From IMG/VR virus record IMGVR_UViG_3300037313_000284, positions 32,001 to 96,000 of that record: DNA of 64,000 nt. The stretch is one strand, 5' to 3'. The position numbers and the translations under genes were made by a program. The notes under the pieces are model-generated. The model did no database searches. It had not been told where the DNA came from and saw nothing but the letters and a program-made list of their open reading frames with translations. This DNA is from a virus. This document shows positions 1 to 9,758 of the stretch, in pieces (positions within the stretch are counted from its first letter, which is position 1; each line of letters starts with the position of its first letter).

Positions 1-633
1 AGACGCCTGAAACTCGACTTGCACCTTAATAGGAATACCGGGTTCAGCTAGACGCATTGCGATAGTCGGATTAACGCTCTCGACTACGATATCGTCGAAC
101 ACAAACATGTTCCCGATGCGCAGTAAGATAGTAGAACGACCACCAATCTGTCCGCTATCCCCGGCGTCTTCCCAATAAGGAGGGCCGATGATATTACCAG
201 CGCTGATCTTTGCACCGTTAGGTAGTTCAACGTTGGGATTGCCTAATGCCGTGGGCATAGACATAGACTGCATTAGCACTAGAGGGCGCATAACGTCCTC
301 TAGTGCATTCTCATAGGCGTTGAATTCGGCTAGCAGATTGAAAGTTAATGGCTGACCACCGGTCCATTGCCTATTGGCAAGTGCAGTGAAACCGACGTTA
401 GAGCCGCCCACGGTAGTTGCTAAACTACCCGCGCGCCCTATAGGGCCGGTTCCCGATGAATCCGCTAAATCGCGAACCGTGTCACCGGCAGCGTTACCTT
501 CCCAAGTGCTACCCGTAGATAGTAACCACTCTTGCGGCAAGCGGCCGGTGACTTCAACGGCTTCACGACCTTTGCCCGGTGCGAACAGCGTGTAAGTGTA
601 CGCCTTGTTCTCGTTAGTAATACTACCGAACAT
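1..633 (-). CDS. Baseplate hub / tube-initiator-like protein (3'-truncated by window edge; absent from ORF track)
   Basis: Manual translation from ATG at 633 is open to base 1 (MFGSITNENKAYTYTLF...WTGGQPLTFNLLAEFNAY...LRIGNMFVFDDIVVESVNPT...GIPIKVQVEFQAS); tube-fold-like pattern; directly downstream of tape-measure-like gene. Confidence 0.65.
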   Translation of the reverse strand, partial: MFGSITNENKAYTYTLFAPGKGREAVEVTGRLPQEWLLSTGSTWEGNAAGDTVRDLADSSGTGPIGRAGSLATTVGGSNVGFTALANRQWTGGQPLTFNLLAEFNAYENALEDVMRPLVLMQSMSMPTALGNPNVELPNGAKISAGNIIGPPYWEDAGDSGQIGGRSTILLRIGNMFVFDDIVVESVNPTIAMRLAEPGIPIKVQVEFQAS

Positions 634-636
634 AGC

Positions 637-2775
637 CTAGCCTCTCCCGGCAAGTGTTGTCGTGATGGCTTGTAGATCAATTCGCGGCCTATCCGCCACG
701 TCGCCAACGCTTGGTAATCCACCCGTACCGCCAGTATTAGCAGCCACCTTGGTTTGAGCAGGTTCCTTAGAAGCTGCATACAAAGCTTTCAGGTCATTCA
801 AGGGCTTCTGCATATCCGGTTTATTAACTGGAACAACAGGTAGCTCTTGCGTTAGGGGTTCTGACACTGGCGACATGGAAGCGCGTGACGCCGAACCTCT
901 AGCAGCAGCCATGGAAGAGGCTACTTTCATGTTACTAGGCACAGCGCTAGTCGAGGCCATCTGCACGTCAGAGCCATTACGCGAAAGCGCCAAGGCATCA
1001 TTAACTTCGCTTTGGTAGCGCTTTTGCACGCTAGCAATCTGACTAGCGGAAGCCTTGTTGCGACGCATTGCGTTAGTAGCGTATTGAGCGCGAACGCTAT
1101 AGAACGTACGAAGCTTTTGCTCGTCGCTCATTTGCGCCCAACCGGGAGTAGCGGCCGCCATAGCGAGCAGCCTTTTAACTCCACCGTGTTGCACCGAAGC
1201 GCTCCACACCGCATCCTGCATGCCTCTGTTGTTCATATTGAACCCAAGAGACGCGGCATATTTAGCAGCAGGATCGTAATGCGTCTTTTTAATAAAATCG
1301 TGTTGCGATTCAGCGAACTTAGGATCGCTTTTACCTAGCTCTCGCCACTTGGCATTGAATTCTTTCGAACCCGGAGCCAAACCCGCGAATTGCTTATCGT
1401 AACCTGAGTCCTTCAGATAACGTTGAAGCGTACCAGTTTTACTAGCTAGCTGATACTTGCCGTAACTAGCGCCGCCGGGATCGCCCTTACCGGACGAGAT
1501 AGCCATGACACCGCGATTACCGCTTTCGTATTTAGCAGACGTAGAGCCAAGACCCGCCCAACCAGCGACCGCCGAGATACCTGCACTAACCGATGTAGCA
1601 ACAGCAGCACCACCGCTGCGGACACCTTGCGCGACAGCTTTACCACCGGCTTGTACTAACTGATCAGCTTTAGCCGCGATGGCAGCAGTTGGCTTGAACA
1701 GCAGTGCACCTAACTTGCCGAGCGCACTAACCGCGCCCTTCATGTCTTTAGCTTTAACAGCAGCGATTAAGCCAGCCCCGGCTGCGGCGATTTCGTCGCC
1801 GTACTTGGTCATGGCAGACAACGATTTATTATAGACGTTGGCAACCGTGCCAAAGCCCGCGCCAATCATCTTGCGCGTGCCGTCCCAAATGCCGTTGATC
1901 TTATTAGTAAGTTGCTTCTGAACGTCGCCTAGGCCATCGACCATGAGCTTAGCGAACGATTGTCCGAACACCTTCTTAGACAAGAAATCAGGCAGGCCCA
2001 GCAGGAACCCATTAACCGCTTGCGCCATACCGACTTGGGCTTTCTCGGTACCGTTGGTTTTACGACCGAGAATATTGTCAGCGTTACGCATTCCATTAAC
2101 GCCATCGAAGATACTCATCCCGATAGCAACAGGCCATGCTAACTTGCCAAGTACGTTACCACCTAAGCGCAACCCTTGGCCCGCAATTCTACCTAACGGG
2201 CTACGCGCCGCAGCGCCAGCCATACGACCTAACGGAGACCTAGCAACCGCACCGCCTAAACGCCCAATGCGCGATTCGCCTACGCCGTTTGCTATACGCT
2301 GAAAGAATCCCGGAGGCGGAGCTTTTGAGTAACGACCCGTTACCGTGTTGCGCCAGCGACCAGAAGCATCCCTTACTAACTTAGCACGAGCCGCAGAGCG
2401 GGCATTTGATCTAGCTAGTAAGCGGCCTAGTGCAGCACCGCTAAGCACACTACCTGCGGCATTACCTAGACCGCCGCCACGATCTAAATTCTCAAGGCGG
2501 TTGGCGATCTTCTCTAGTAACCCGATGACCTTACGGCTATCGCGTTGTTCTCCGAGCCTTTCGGTGGAGCGTTTTGTGTCTTGCTGCTTTGCCCGTTGCG
2601 ACTCTTGTTTCGCAGCGATTTGAATAGCGTCTTGCAGCGCACGGTTATTACTAGCCGTGCGCCGCTCAAGCATAAGATCACGGCGCGAATTAAGCGCCCT
2701 AGTCATTGGGCTGTTTCCGCGCCGGGAGTCAGTACGTTCCATAGAACGCGAAGTAGAACTACGAACACCAAGCAT
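637..2775 (-). CDS. Tape-measure-like tail protein with C-terminal VgrG3-like (lysozyme-superfamily) peptidoglycan hydrolase domain
   Basis: Ala/Gly-rich helical body; motif LGSTSAKYESGNRG...SSGKGDPGGASYGKYQL...QHDFIKKTHY...VWSASVQHG; position after tube/chaperone genes; ATG 2775 preceded by AAAGGG. Confidence 0.7.
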   Translation of the reverse strand: MLGVRSSTSRSMERTDSRRGNSPMTRALNSRRDLMLERRTASNNRALQDAIQIAAKQESQRAKQQDTKRSTERLGEQRDSRKVIGLLEKIANRLENLDRGGGLGNAAGSVLSGAALGRLLARSNARSAARAKLVRDASGRWRNTVTGRYSKAPPPGFFQRIANGVGESRIGRLGGAVARSPLGRMAGAAARSPLGRIAGQGLRLGGNVLGKLAWPVAIGMSIFDGVNGMRNADNILGRKTNGTEKAQVGMAQAVNGFLLGLPDFLSKKVFGQSFAKLMVDGLGDVQKQLTNKINGIWDGTRKMIGAGFGTVANVYNKSLSAMTKYGDEIAAAGAGLIAAVKAKDMKGAVSALGKLGALLFKPTAAIAAKADQLVQAGGKAVAQGVRSGGAAVATSVSAGISAVAGWAGLGSTSAKYESGNRGVMAISSGKGDPGGASYGKYQLASKTGTLQRYLKDSGYDKQFAGLAPGSKEFNAKWRELGKSDPKFAESQHDFIKKTHYDPAAKYAASLGFNMNNRGMQDAVWSASVQHGGVKRLLAMAAATPGWAQMSDEQKLRTFYSVRAQYATNAMRRNKASASQIASVQKRYQSEVNDALALSRNGSDVQMASTSAVPSNMKVASSMAAARGSASRASMSPVSEPLTQELPVVPVNKPDMQKPLNDLKALYAASKEPAQTKVAANTGGTGGLPSVGDVADRPRIDLQAITTTLAGRG

Positions 2776-2788
2776 GCGCAACCCTTTA

Positions 2789-2947
2789 CTAACGGTTGGT
2801 CATCGCCTCTAGTCTGTCGTGGTCCAGTTTCTTTCTAAGCAGCGAATGCTTAGTCTGAAGCCAAACCACAGGCCAGTCGATAGGGGCTGATAAGTTATTC
2901 ATTTCCAATTCGGTCGTCATCTTGACCAAATCGAATTCAGAGAACAT
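2789..2947 (-). CDS. Small tail/baseplate assembly chaperone partner (T4 gp51-like or frameshift extension), 52 aa
   Basis: Unlisted ORF MFSEFDLVKMTTELEMNNLSAPIDWPVVWLQTKHSLLRKKLDHDRLEAMTNR fills the gap between chaperone and tape measure; overlaps upstream stop. Confidence 0.55.
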   Translation of the reverse strand: MFSEFDLVKMTTELEMNNLSAPIDWPVVWLQTKHSLLRKKLDHDRLEAMTNR

Positions 2948-3965
2948 AGGGAAAAAAGTTACTAACGTCGAGAGGGATCATAACCTCTTCCTCTACAGCC
3001 TTAGCCTCTGACAATTTGTCAGCTGCTTCCAGCTTGCGCAGAGCCGCTAGTTCCTTAATCAGCGACGTCGATTGCGTATGCATTTCATCGTCAAACTCAC
3101 CCATGGAGGCGGAGGCGTCGAGCATAGCCAACGATTGCTGAATGTCGTTAATAGCCGTAGTCGGATCGAATTTGGTGCAGGTTAACAACGTACGAGTCTT
3201 GATGCCGTGATCAGCAACCGTACGCCACTCATGCAAGCCTTCGTAGAAATCCAGGCTATCGGTGTCGGCCCTAATCTTCGCCAGCTTGGCTTCGAAGTTA
3301 GTAGGATCATCCACCATCGCGTAAGAAGCTAGTGCGAATTCCGTCTCGTTGTCAGGATCATTAAACTTGCCAGCATCAACCATGTGCAGACGCCACAGTT
3401 CATCCCCAACGCGCGGGAAGTCGTAGCCCTTGGCTAAGAGTTCTTCGACCCGAGCAACGTTTTCGATATTAATCGTTTCACGCGTCGTTTCGGTCACCGT
3501 AACTTCGTTGACGTGACCATAACGCGAAGTCCAACGTAGCTTCTTAGTGCTCTTCGGCAACGAGTTGATCTCGTGCCAATTCATGATGTAGTCCAGATCG
3601 CCATGCGTTAGTAATTCAACAGGCATGCCGTGCAGTGTTTTGCCAATAGCAGACACCGTGTGCGAATAGCTATTTAGCTTGCGCGCTCCGCCTAACCGCG
3701 TCAGGTCCGGCAAACCAAACTTGCGCACGTAAATGCGAGCGGGATAACCTGCGAGGCCCATTGAAGGTAGATCGATAGGCATCCACACCCCGTTGTCCGG
3801 TGTGTCTTCTGCGCCGCTTATTAACATACGACGTTTAGATTGGCCGCCTTCGCGCGCCGCTCGATGTTCATTCATTTCTCTATCGATAGCGATATCAGTT
3901 TCCGCGATAGGAACACGTGAAACCTGATGGGGCGCGGGAGCCCCTAGAGAGAAGGGAGTATCCAT
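2937..3965 (-). CDS. Tail assembly chaperone / T4 gp26-like baseplate hub assembly protein
   Basis: IDLPSMGLAGY motif, acidic, ends ...DVSNFFP; lies between tube genes and tape measure. Confidence 0.6.
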   Translation of the reverse strand: MDTPFSLGAPAPHQVSRVPIAETDIAIDREMNEHRAAREGGQSKRRMLISGAEDTPDNGVWMPIDLPSMGLAGYPARIYVRKFGLPDLTRLGGARKLNSYSHTVSAIGKTLHGMPVELLTHGDLDYIMNWHEINSLPKSTKKLRWTSRYGHVNEVTVTETTRETINIENVARVEELLAKGYDFPRVGDELWRLHMVDAGKFNDPDNETEFALASYAMVDDPTNFEAKLAKIRADTDSLDFYEGLHEWRTVADHGIKTRTLLTCTKFDPTTAINDIQQSLAMLDASASMGEFDDEMHTQSTSLIKELAALRKLEAADKLSEAKAVEEEVMIPLDVSNFFPYVL

Positions 3966-3987
3966 AATTCAGCCTTTATTAAAGCGC

Positions 3988-4524
3988 TCACCCCACGCGA
4001 GCGCCGGTTAGGATACGGTCAGTTGAGAACGTACCTGTAATAATCATTCGGTCGTCTTCTGTATAGCTAAGGTCTAACTGCCCCGCGTCGGAAGGCCAAA
4101 CACCTTCGAAACTATAGGTATAGACCGGCTGCACGTTGCTTTGGTAACCGAATAGATTGACGATTAATCGACACTTGTATTCCACCGGAAGGCCGTACCA
4201 TCCCTCTTGGGACTTCACTTTTTCCTTCCAGTTGGCTAATGATAAATTAGCCGCGCCAGCATCGTTTTCAAAGATAGACAGAGTTATTGGACCGCTGTCT
4301 GGAAAGCTAGGGAAGTACGTTGTGCGGCCTCCACCGAAGCTGCTATCGACTTGCAACGTCTCCCCGTTGGGAGCCCCGACTTTCTCGATTAGTAATGCTT
4401 CGAAGTCCACACCGGGGATATCCGGCCCAAAGAACTTGGCAACCCAACGCCATTTAGGCATCGGGTTGTCGAGTGTGTAGATGAAGTTCTGATCGAATCG
4501 ATTTACATCTATGGCTTTGACCAT
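3988..4524 (-). CDS. Tail tube-like protein (T4 gp19/gp54 fold)
   Basis: ...ITLSIFEN...LANW...YK...YSFEGVWPSDAGQLDLSY...ITGTFSTD tube signature. Confidence 0.75.
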   Translation of the reverse strand: MVKAIDVNRFDQNFIYTLDNPMPKWRWVAKFFGPDIPGVDFEALLIEKVGAPNGETLQVDSSFGGGRTTYFPSFPDSGPITLSIFENDAGAANLSLANWKEKVKSQEGWYGLPVEYKCRLIVNLFGYQSNVQPVYTYSFEGVWPSDAGQLDLSYTEDDRMIITGTFSTDRILTGARVG

Positions 4525-5273
4525 GATTGACCTTTCCAGTTTACTAAAGCTCGATAGACCTTCGGGTCTAGATCGGTCTTGAATGCTTTAGCCAAGGTTT
4601 TTAATCGTGCAGCCTTGGCAATCAGATACAAAGCATGTGCCTCTTGAGGGGTATCACAAGTTCCCAAGTGCTTGAATTTACGATCAATCATAATTCTAGC
4701 CACAAAATTTCCGCTTTTAGTTAATACAACACCAGCGGGTAGTCGCGAGTTTACAGGCTTGCTGCGGTTGCTACTGCAACCAACACCAAGCAGTGTGGCG
4801 TTTATAGTATGTGGCACGAAGCAACAGTTACGAAGTGAATATTCCTTAGATGTAGGATTTAGTAAATCTTTGTCTAAGTCCCAACCTTCTTTGTCGTATC
4901 CGCGTAGCGTCTCAATGTCAGCCGCAAATTTTTGGAAATTATGCCATTTGGTATCAACCAATACACCATCATACGGCTTTAGTCTTAAGTCTGCATGATC
5001 GTAGCAGCGAATTAGCATATTTCGCCATAGAGAATAGATTCGGGAAATCTTTTTACCTTCCATTACCGCGTAGGGGCCTTCACCTAAGTACCCCGTACCC
5101 GCCACTGTCGGGTAATAAAGATCACTTACTTTGCCCTTGCGTATATTATTAGCAGCCGCGTAAGTCTTGCGTCCTGTGGTTAAGAATTTGACTCTAACCT
5201 TATGGCAATTAATATATTTTAGTATCTTAATGTCGCCACATACATTTGTGGAATAGATTGAACCCACTTCCAT
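4509..5273 (-). mobile_element. Free-standing HNH-family homing endonuclease with C-terminal AP2-like DNA-binding domain
   Basis: YSLWRNMLIRCY...WDLDKDLL...YSLRNCCFVPHTIN; LPAGVV...FVARI...HLGTCDTPQEAHALY; visibly AT-richer than flanks; flanked by 11-bp direct repeat ttgaccatgat (4517-4527, 5292-5302). Confidence 0.85.
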
Positions 5274-5308
5274 GATCTTACTTTCGACGCCTTGACCATG
5301 ATGCTATC

Positions 5309-6160
5309 CTAGAACAGGGAGCGAATGCCGCTAAGCGACTTCAGATTGTTGGCTAAGGATTGGTAGTCCTTAGTTTTTACAGCCATCTTGATCCGGCTGT
5401 ACTTGCTTTCGAAGCCGCTAGTAGCACTACGGACCGACGAGATAATATCACTCATACGTCCCAAATCGTCCGCCGTTAGGCCAACGTAACTGGCGAGTGC
5501 CGAGCGCTTGGACGTTATTAAGTCGAGCGGGCTTTTACCTGCCAAACCTTGACTGATATTCATCGTAGTGTAGCCGCCGTAGCGATCAGTTTCACTACCC
5601 ACGTTGATCGGCTGATCGGTGATACGGTTAATAATCGTAGCAATAATCGAGTCGGCGACGCTACCCATACCGGTAAACCGATAGCTAGTAGTCGAGTAAC
5701 AGAACACGCAGGGGCAGATGAGGATTTGCGCCTCGGCGCTACCTTCTAAGGTGTAACCGCCCACTTCGGCTAACCAGCAATCGTGGAAGGTAATAACCAT
5801 GGCCTCACGACCGATTTCGTCGTAGTGAATAGCACGAATGTCGAAGGTTCTACCGACGATATTGCCAGTGCTACTTTCAGAGAACGAGTCTCGAATAGCC
5901 ATGAGTTGCTGATAGGTCTGCGTACGCCTGTTCAGCGTAAACGTCATATTAACTTCGTTGCTACTAGAAAGCCTACGGCCCGGCCACGCCTTGGATTTAC
6001 CCATAAGCTCGACCCGGTATCTATTAATACCGGCGGAAGGGACTTCCAGCGTTGAAACCATTGGGCCTAGGTCTGGATAGTTGGCGATGAGGACGCAATA
6101 GTCAGCAGCACTCAGCGGAGAGAAGTTATTGTCGTAGTAGTCCAACGTAGCTTTAGGCAT
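5309..6160 (-). CDS. Tail tube paralogue with C-terminal extension
   Basis: Starts MPKATLD like 6217..6756; tube-like ...ITFHDCWLAEVGGYTL...CVFCY. Confidence 0.65.
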   Translation of the reverse strand: MPKATLDYYDNNFSPLSAADYCVLIANYPDLGPMVSTLEVPSAGINRYRVELMGKSKAWPGRRLSSSNEVNMTFTLNRRTQTYQQLMAIRDSFSESSTGNIVGRTFDIRAIHYDEIGREAMVITFHDCWLAEVGGYTLEGSAEAQILICPCVFCYSTTSYRFTGMGSVADSIIATIINRITDQPINVGSETDRYGGYTTMNISQGLAGKSPLDLITSKRSALASYVGLTADDLGRMSDIISSVRSATSGFESKYSRIKMAVKTKDYQSLANNLKSLSGIRSLF

Positions 6161-6180
6161 AACTATCTCCTAAACCGACG

Positions 6181-6210
6181 AAAGGGCGGCGACTTGCGCC
6201 GCCGCCCTTT
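6181..6210 (-). terminator. Intrinsic terminator-like hairpin after major tube gene
   Basis: aaagggcggcg-acttgcgc-cgccgcccttt inverted repeat. Confidence 0.6.
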
Positions 6211-6216
6211 GCCTTA

Positions 6217-6756
6217 TTAACCGAGTGCTTGACCGGTAACTTTCCACCAATCGTAGCTAAACGGAACCATCCAGAGCGCACCTTGAGCATCCGACGTGGT
6301 ATCGAACTGAAGCTCAGGCATTTCCTGCGGCCACATGTTATGAATAGTAATCTCGATAGCGGTACGACCGGTGCTATCGAACACCTCCAAACGTCCAGTG
6401 GTCGAGTATTCCTTTTTATAACCGCCAGCGTTACCGGTACGCGTACCTTTAACGAATTCTTGCCACGGACGAAGCCAAGCAAGCACGCTAGCGTCAACGC
6501 GTTCAATAAACTGACCAGCAGCAGTGCCCGCGTGCGTAACAGTCGTACCGTAGTTCAACTTGTGACCGCCAGCGAAGCGTTGTTCAAACTTATTAATAGT
6601 GATGCCGGGGATGACGAATTGAGTGCAGTTAAGCGCAACGTCGCGTTCAATATCCAGGCCGGGCGAGCCGGGGACATTGGCTAACGTCAGCTTGAACGAC
6701 TCAAGCGTCAACGGGTCCGGCATATTGTCTTGTTGATCAAGGGTTGCCTTAGGCAC
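6217..6756 (-). CDS. Major tail tube protein
   Basis: Immediately downstream of sheath; ...FIERVD...WQE...YKKEY...VFD...IHNMWPQEMPELQFD...VPFSYDWW; AGGAG RBS. Confidence 0.85.
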   Translation of the reverse strand: MPKATLDQQDNMPDPLTLESFKLTLANVPGSPGLDIERDVALNCTQFVIPGITINKFEQRFAGGHKLNYGTTVTHAGTAAGQFIERVDASVLAWLRPWQEFVKGTRTGNAGGYKKEYSTTGRLEVFDSTGRTAIEITIHNMWPQEMPELQFDTTSDAQGALWMVPFSYDWWKVTGQALG

Positions 6757-6783
6757 AGGGCTCTCCTACTAAAATTGGGAAGG

Positions 6784-6808
6784 AGGGGAGGGTTAGTAAC
6801 CCTCCCCT
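6784..6808. terminator. Hairpin between sheath and tube genes
   Basis: aggggagggtta-g-taaccctcccct. Confidence 0.5.
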
Positions 6809-6813
6809 TTAGC

Positions 6814-9081
6814 CTAATCGATTTCGTTGACTTCGATACTAGCAATTCCGCCCGTGGACGTAACCGTCGTGCGAACCAGAATACGACGCATAGTACGAAC
6901 CGGATCAAGGATCACGTCAACGATGCGATTACCCTGTTCGATAATACCTGCCGGGTTATTATCGCCGTTAGAAACGATCTCGTACTCGGCAAGATCGCTC
7001 GGCTTATACGGCAGGAGGAACTTATCGATTGCCTGCGTTAAGGCAAACACTTCCACATCGGTGTTACCTTCGAAGACTTTCGTCTTAGAAAGCTGACGAA
7101 TCTTACCTTCGAGGAAACCAACGAGCCTAGTAATCGAGATAAACGAGAAGCCGCTGTCTTTGAACTGCGCCGTGGTGTCACCCCAAACAACAAAGGACAC
7201 GCCTTCGCGTTTAATGATGTTCATCTTCAGGCGAGCGAACAGATGCCCCTCTTGAGTCTCGTCATACTCGTAACGAACGTCAGTGGTATCGATTTGGCCG
7301 CGAGTTAATCCAGCCGGAGCCTTACCAACGCCGCGCGATTGATCGTTTTTACCGTAGACAACAGCAACGTGAGCCGAAGGCGGAACCCAAAGGTCCATAC
7401 CGGTGTACGGGTCTTGTTGCTTAACGTCAGGGAAGTAAATAGCGCCGAATTCACTATCCACCGCTAACTGTTGCAGGCGATAGTTAACAAGCGCTGCGTA
7501 CTTCTGATGCTCCGGAGGAACGTCGAGAATGGCTTCAGTGCCGTCATAACGCGTCTTAGCAACTTCGACCATAGCTTGTTGAATGCTAACGGCCGTATAG
7601 CCGGTATTAACAAGCACGTTGCAGGGATACTTCTGCGTGTTCTCAAACACCTTCCAGGCTTCAGCGAATTGCGCAGCCGAAGGAAGCGTGCCGTCCGAAC
7701 CTGCCGACAACCAAGTGATGCCCGTAGAAATCGCGCCATTGGCAGGATTAAACGGGATAACAACCGAACCGTCATCCGGAGCGTTAGGAATAACGCGGAT
7801 GATGCTCGAAGCGTTGGCACCTTTATTAACCACGTAGTCGATCTTTTGCTGCACGCCAAAAGCGTCGGCGACTTGCGCGAGATTAACGCGGTGACGTTCA
7901 GCGGCAACCGTGGGGTTATCCGTCGTATAGACTTCCAGATCGAAAGCGCCCGACGGACTAACACCCTTCACTTGTTGCGTGAAGGTAACCGCAGGCATCG
8001 AACCGGTAGAAGCAACGGAGAACACCGCGTCGGTCGAGGAACCACGCAGCATCGTAATAACGATTTCACGGTCGTTAGATTCGCCTAACGGACGCTTAGT
8101 AACCACAGCGGTATCAATGTCAACGTGTGCGGTCAGGGCCGCAGCAAGTGCCACTAGGAACGCGTCGCTCGGGGTGATGTTAGACACCGCGCTACACGCG
8201 ACGCCGTTAACAGTAACCGTCGTAGACGAAACGCTACCGACTGCACCAGCAAGCGTCATACGCACGACTTCTTTCGTGCCGACGTCTGCGTTAGTAAGCT
8301 TGTAGCCAATGCCCTTCGAATGCGCACCGGGGTTTTCAGCTTGCACGTAAAACAGCGGGGTTTGCTGCGAAGCGGCAGGCTGCGAAGCACCTCCAGTAAC
8401 CGTAACTCCACTAATTGCAATCTGTTGACCGGAGGGGCCGTAGATGCCAATCGTGCGAGCGTTCGTGCTACTAACTGCGTCCGTATCCATGACGGTGGCT
8501 TTACCGTCGCTACCCAACGAAGCAAGGCCAGCTTCAATAGCAGTAGCTAACGCGGCTAGCGTGGCGTCGTTATTGGTCGCGAAGTTAACCGGACCAACCG
8601 CCACAACTTGGCTATCAGCAATGATATTCAAGTTGATCACGTTGCTGGTAACCAGAGGACCATCGAACGTTAAGGCAATATAGCTAGGGCCGGTCGGAGT
8701 AATGCCGGTCGAAGGATCACTTTCCGCAGGGAAAGCCGAACCCGTCGAAGGGTACTTGTCAGCCGTGACCGTGTTATTAGCAGCGTCCGAGAGAATCGCC
8801 GCACCGCCGTATTTGGCGTTATTAACAACACGATTGAAGATTACCGGGAAACCAGCCTTCAGGATCGTGCGCGCGCCGTAGTGAGCGTAGCTAACCTTAG
8901 GGTTAGGACGACCGAACATGGCGTCAAGTTGTGCCGGACTCGTCAGCATGACGGGCTTGGTAGGACCCTTAAGCGAATAACCGGTAATGGCCGCAACCAT
9001 TCCACCGGTAGCCGAGATAAACGAAGATTGATCCCGACGTTGGCTATAAGCGCCCGCAGCCTCAGGAAAAAGAATAGTCAT
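6814..9081 (-). CDS. Contractile tail sheath protein
   Basis: GYSLKGP...FGRP; AILDVP...AIYFPDV...WVPPSAHVA...APAGLTRG...MNII...VVWGDTT...ISITRL...VFEGN sheath motifs. Confidence 0.95.
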   Translation of the reverse strand: MTILFPEAAGAYSQRRDQSSFISATGGMVAAITGYSLKGPTKPVMLTSPAQLDAMFGRPNPKVSYAHYGARTILKAGFPVIFNRVVNNAKYGGAAILSDAANNTVTADKYPSTGSAFPAESDPSTGITPTGPSYIALTFDGPLVTSNVINLNIIADSQVVAVGPVNFATNNDATLAALATAIEAGLASLGSDGKATVMDTDAVSSTNARTIGIYGPSGQQIAISGVTVTGGASQPAASQQTPLFYVQAENPGAHSKGIGYKLTNADVGTKEVVRMTLAGAVGSVSSTTVTVNGVACSAVSNITPSDAFLVALAAALTAHVDIDTAVVTKRPLGESNDREIVITMLRGSSTDAVFSVASTGSMPAVTFTQQVKGVSPSGAFDLEVYTTDNPTVAAERHRVNLAQVADAFGVQQKIDYVVNKGANASSIIRVIPNAPDDGSVVIPFNPANGAISTGITWLSAGSDGTLPSAAQFAEAWKVFENTQKYPCNVLVNTGYTAVSIQQAMVEVAKTRYDGTEAILDVPPEHQKYAALVNYRLQQLAVDSEFGAIYFPDVKQQDPYTGMDLWVPPSAHVAVVYGKNDQSRGVGKAPAGLTRGQIDTTDVRYEYDETQEGHLFARLKMNIIKREGVSFVVWGDTTAQFKDSGFSFISITRLVGFLEGKIRQLSKTKVFEGNTDVEVFALTQAIDKFLLPYKPSDLAEYEIVSNGDNNPAGIIEQGNRIVDVILDPVRTMRRILVRTTVTSTGGIASIEVNEID

Positions 9082-9105
9082 TAGTATCTCCTGATGGGAT
9101 AATAT

Positions 9106-9369
9106 TTAGTCGTCAGCGCGGGCAGATTTGCCAGACGAAGGCGACGGGGCGGGAGCGGGTTCAGGGGCCGCTACAGTTTTCGGCGCAAGGTGCGCTGCGT
9201 AGTCGAAACCCAACACTTCAGCGTGAGAAAGCGGCGGCAATTGGAATTCAATAAAACGCGCCTCAACTTCGTGCGTGCTAAGCGGGGGAACTTGAGTGGA
9301 GTCACCGGCGGCATCGAACAGATGCAGCGCGACGACGAGCTTGTTTTTCACAGGATAAGTAGTGGGCAT
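9106..9369 (-). CDS. Small hypothetical virion protein
   Basis: Fits operon; Pro/Ala tail; N-terminus YPVKN loosely resembles the Y-x-I/V-T-N family. Confidence 0.55.
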   Translation of the reverse strand: MPTTYPVKNKLVVALHLFDAAGDSTQVPPLSTHEVEARFIEFQLPPLSHAEVLGFDYAAHLAPKTVAAPEPAPAPSPSSGKSARADD

Positions 9370-9372
9370 TTA

Positions 9373-9747
9373 TTAACTCCAAACGACCAAAACGTTTGTG
9401 TTGAAGGTTTCGGCAGTAGTAAGTTCTATCGTAACTGGAGCGTCCAGGCTCATCATAAATACACGGTCTACAACTTGCGTGTAGAAAGTCGTATCTGCGC
9501 GAATGACTTTAACAGTCACTTTGCCGGACGTGCGTAACCACACGAAGCTCTTAACTACTAATTCGATAATGGTTGCGGGTGGATTATTCCCGACGCCTGC
9601 CGGTGACAACACCGCCTCTTGTCGGTTACCGCTAGGTGTCGCTGCAAAACCAATACGCGTGCTATCTAGCTTGCGGCGGCTACCTTGCGACACCCCGAAT
9701 AGCTTAATATCTAAGCCAATTGCATTGGTGGTGTTTAGTCTAGCCAC
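9373..9747 (-). CDS. Hypothetical beta-rich structural protein
   Basis: GGAG RBS, GTG start, fits operon. Confidence 0.55.
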   Translation of the reverse strand: MARLNTTNAIGLDIKLFGVSQGSRRKLDSTRIGFAATPSGNRQEAVLSPAGVGNNPPATIIELVVKSFVWLRTSGKVTVKVIRADTTFYTQVVDRVFMMSLDAPVTIELTTAETFNTNVLVVWS

Positions 9748-9758
9748 TTAAGTAACTC

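Noticed and set aside
4509-5302. Group I intron around the HNH gene
   Set aside because: No room for or sign of a P/Q/R/S core, and the downstream tube gene is complete with its own start
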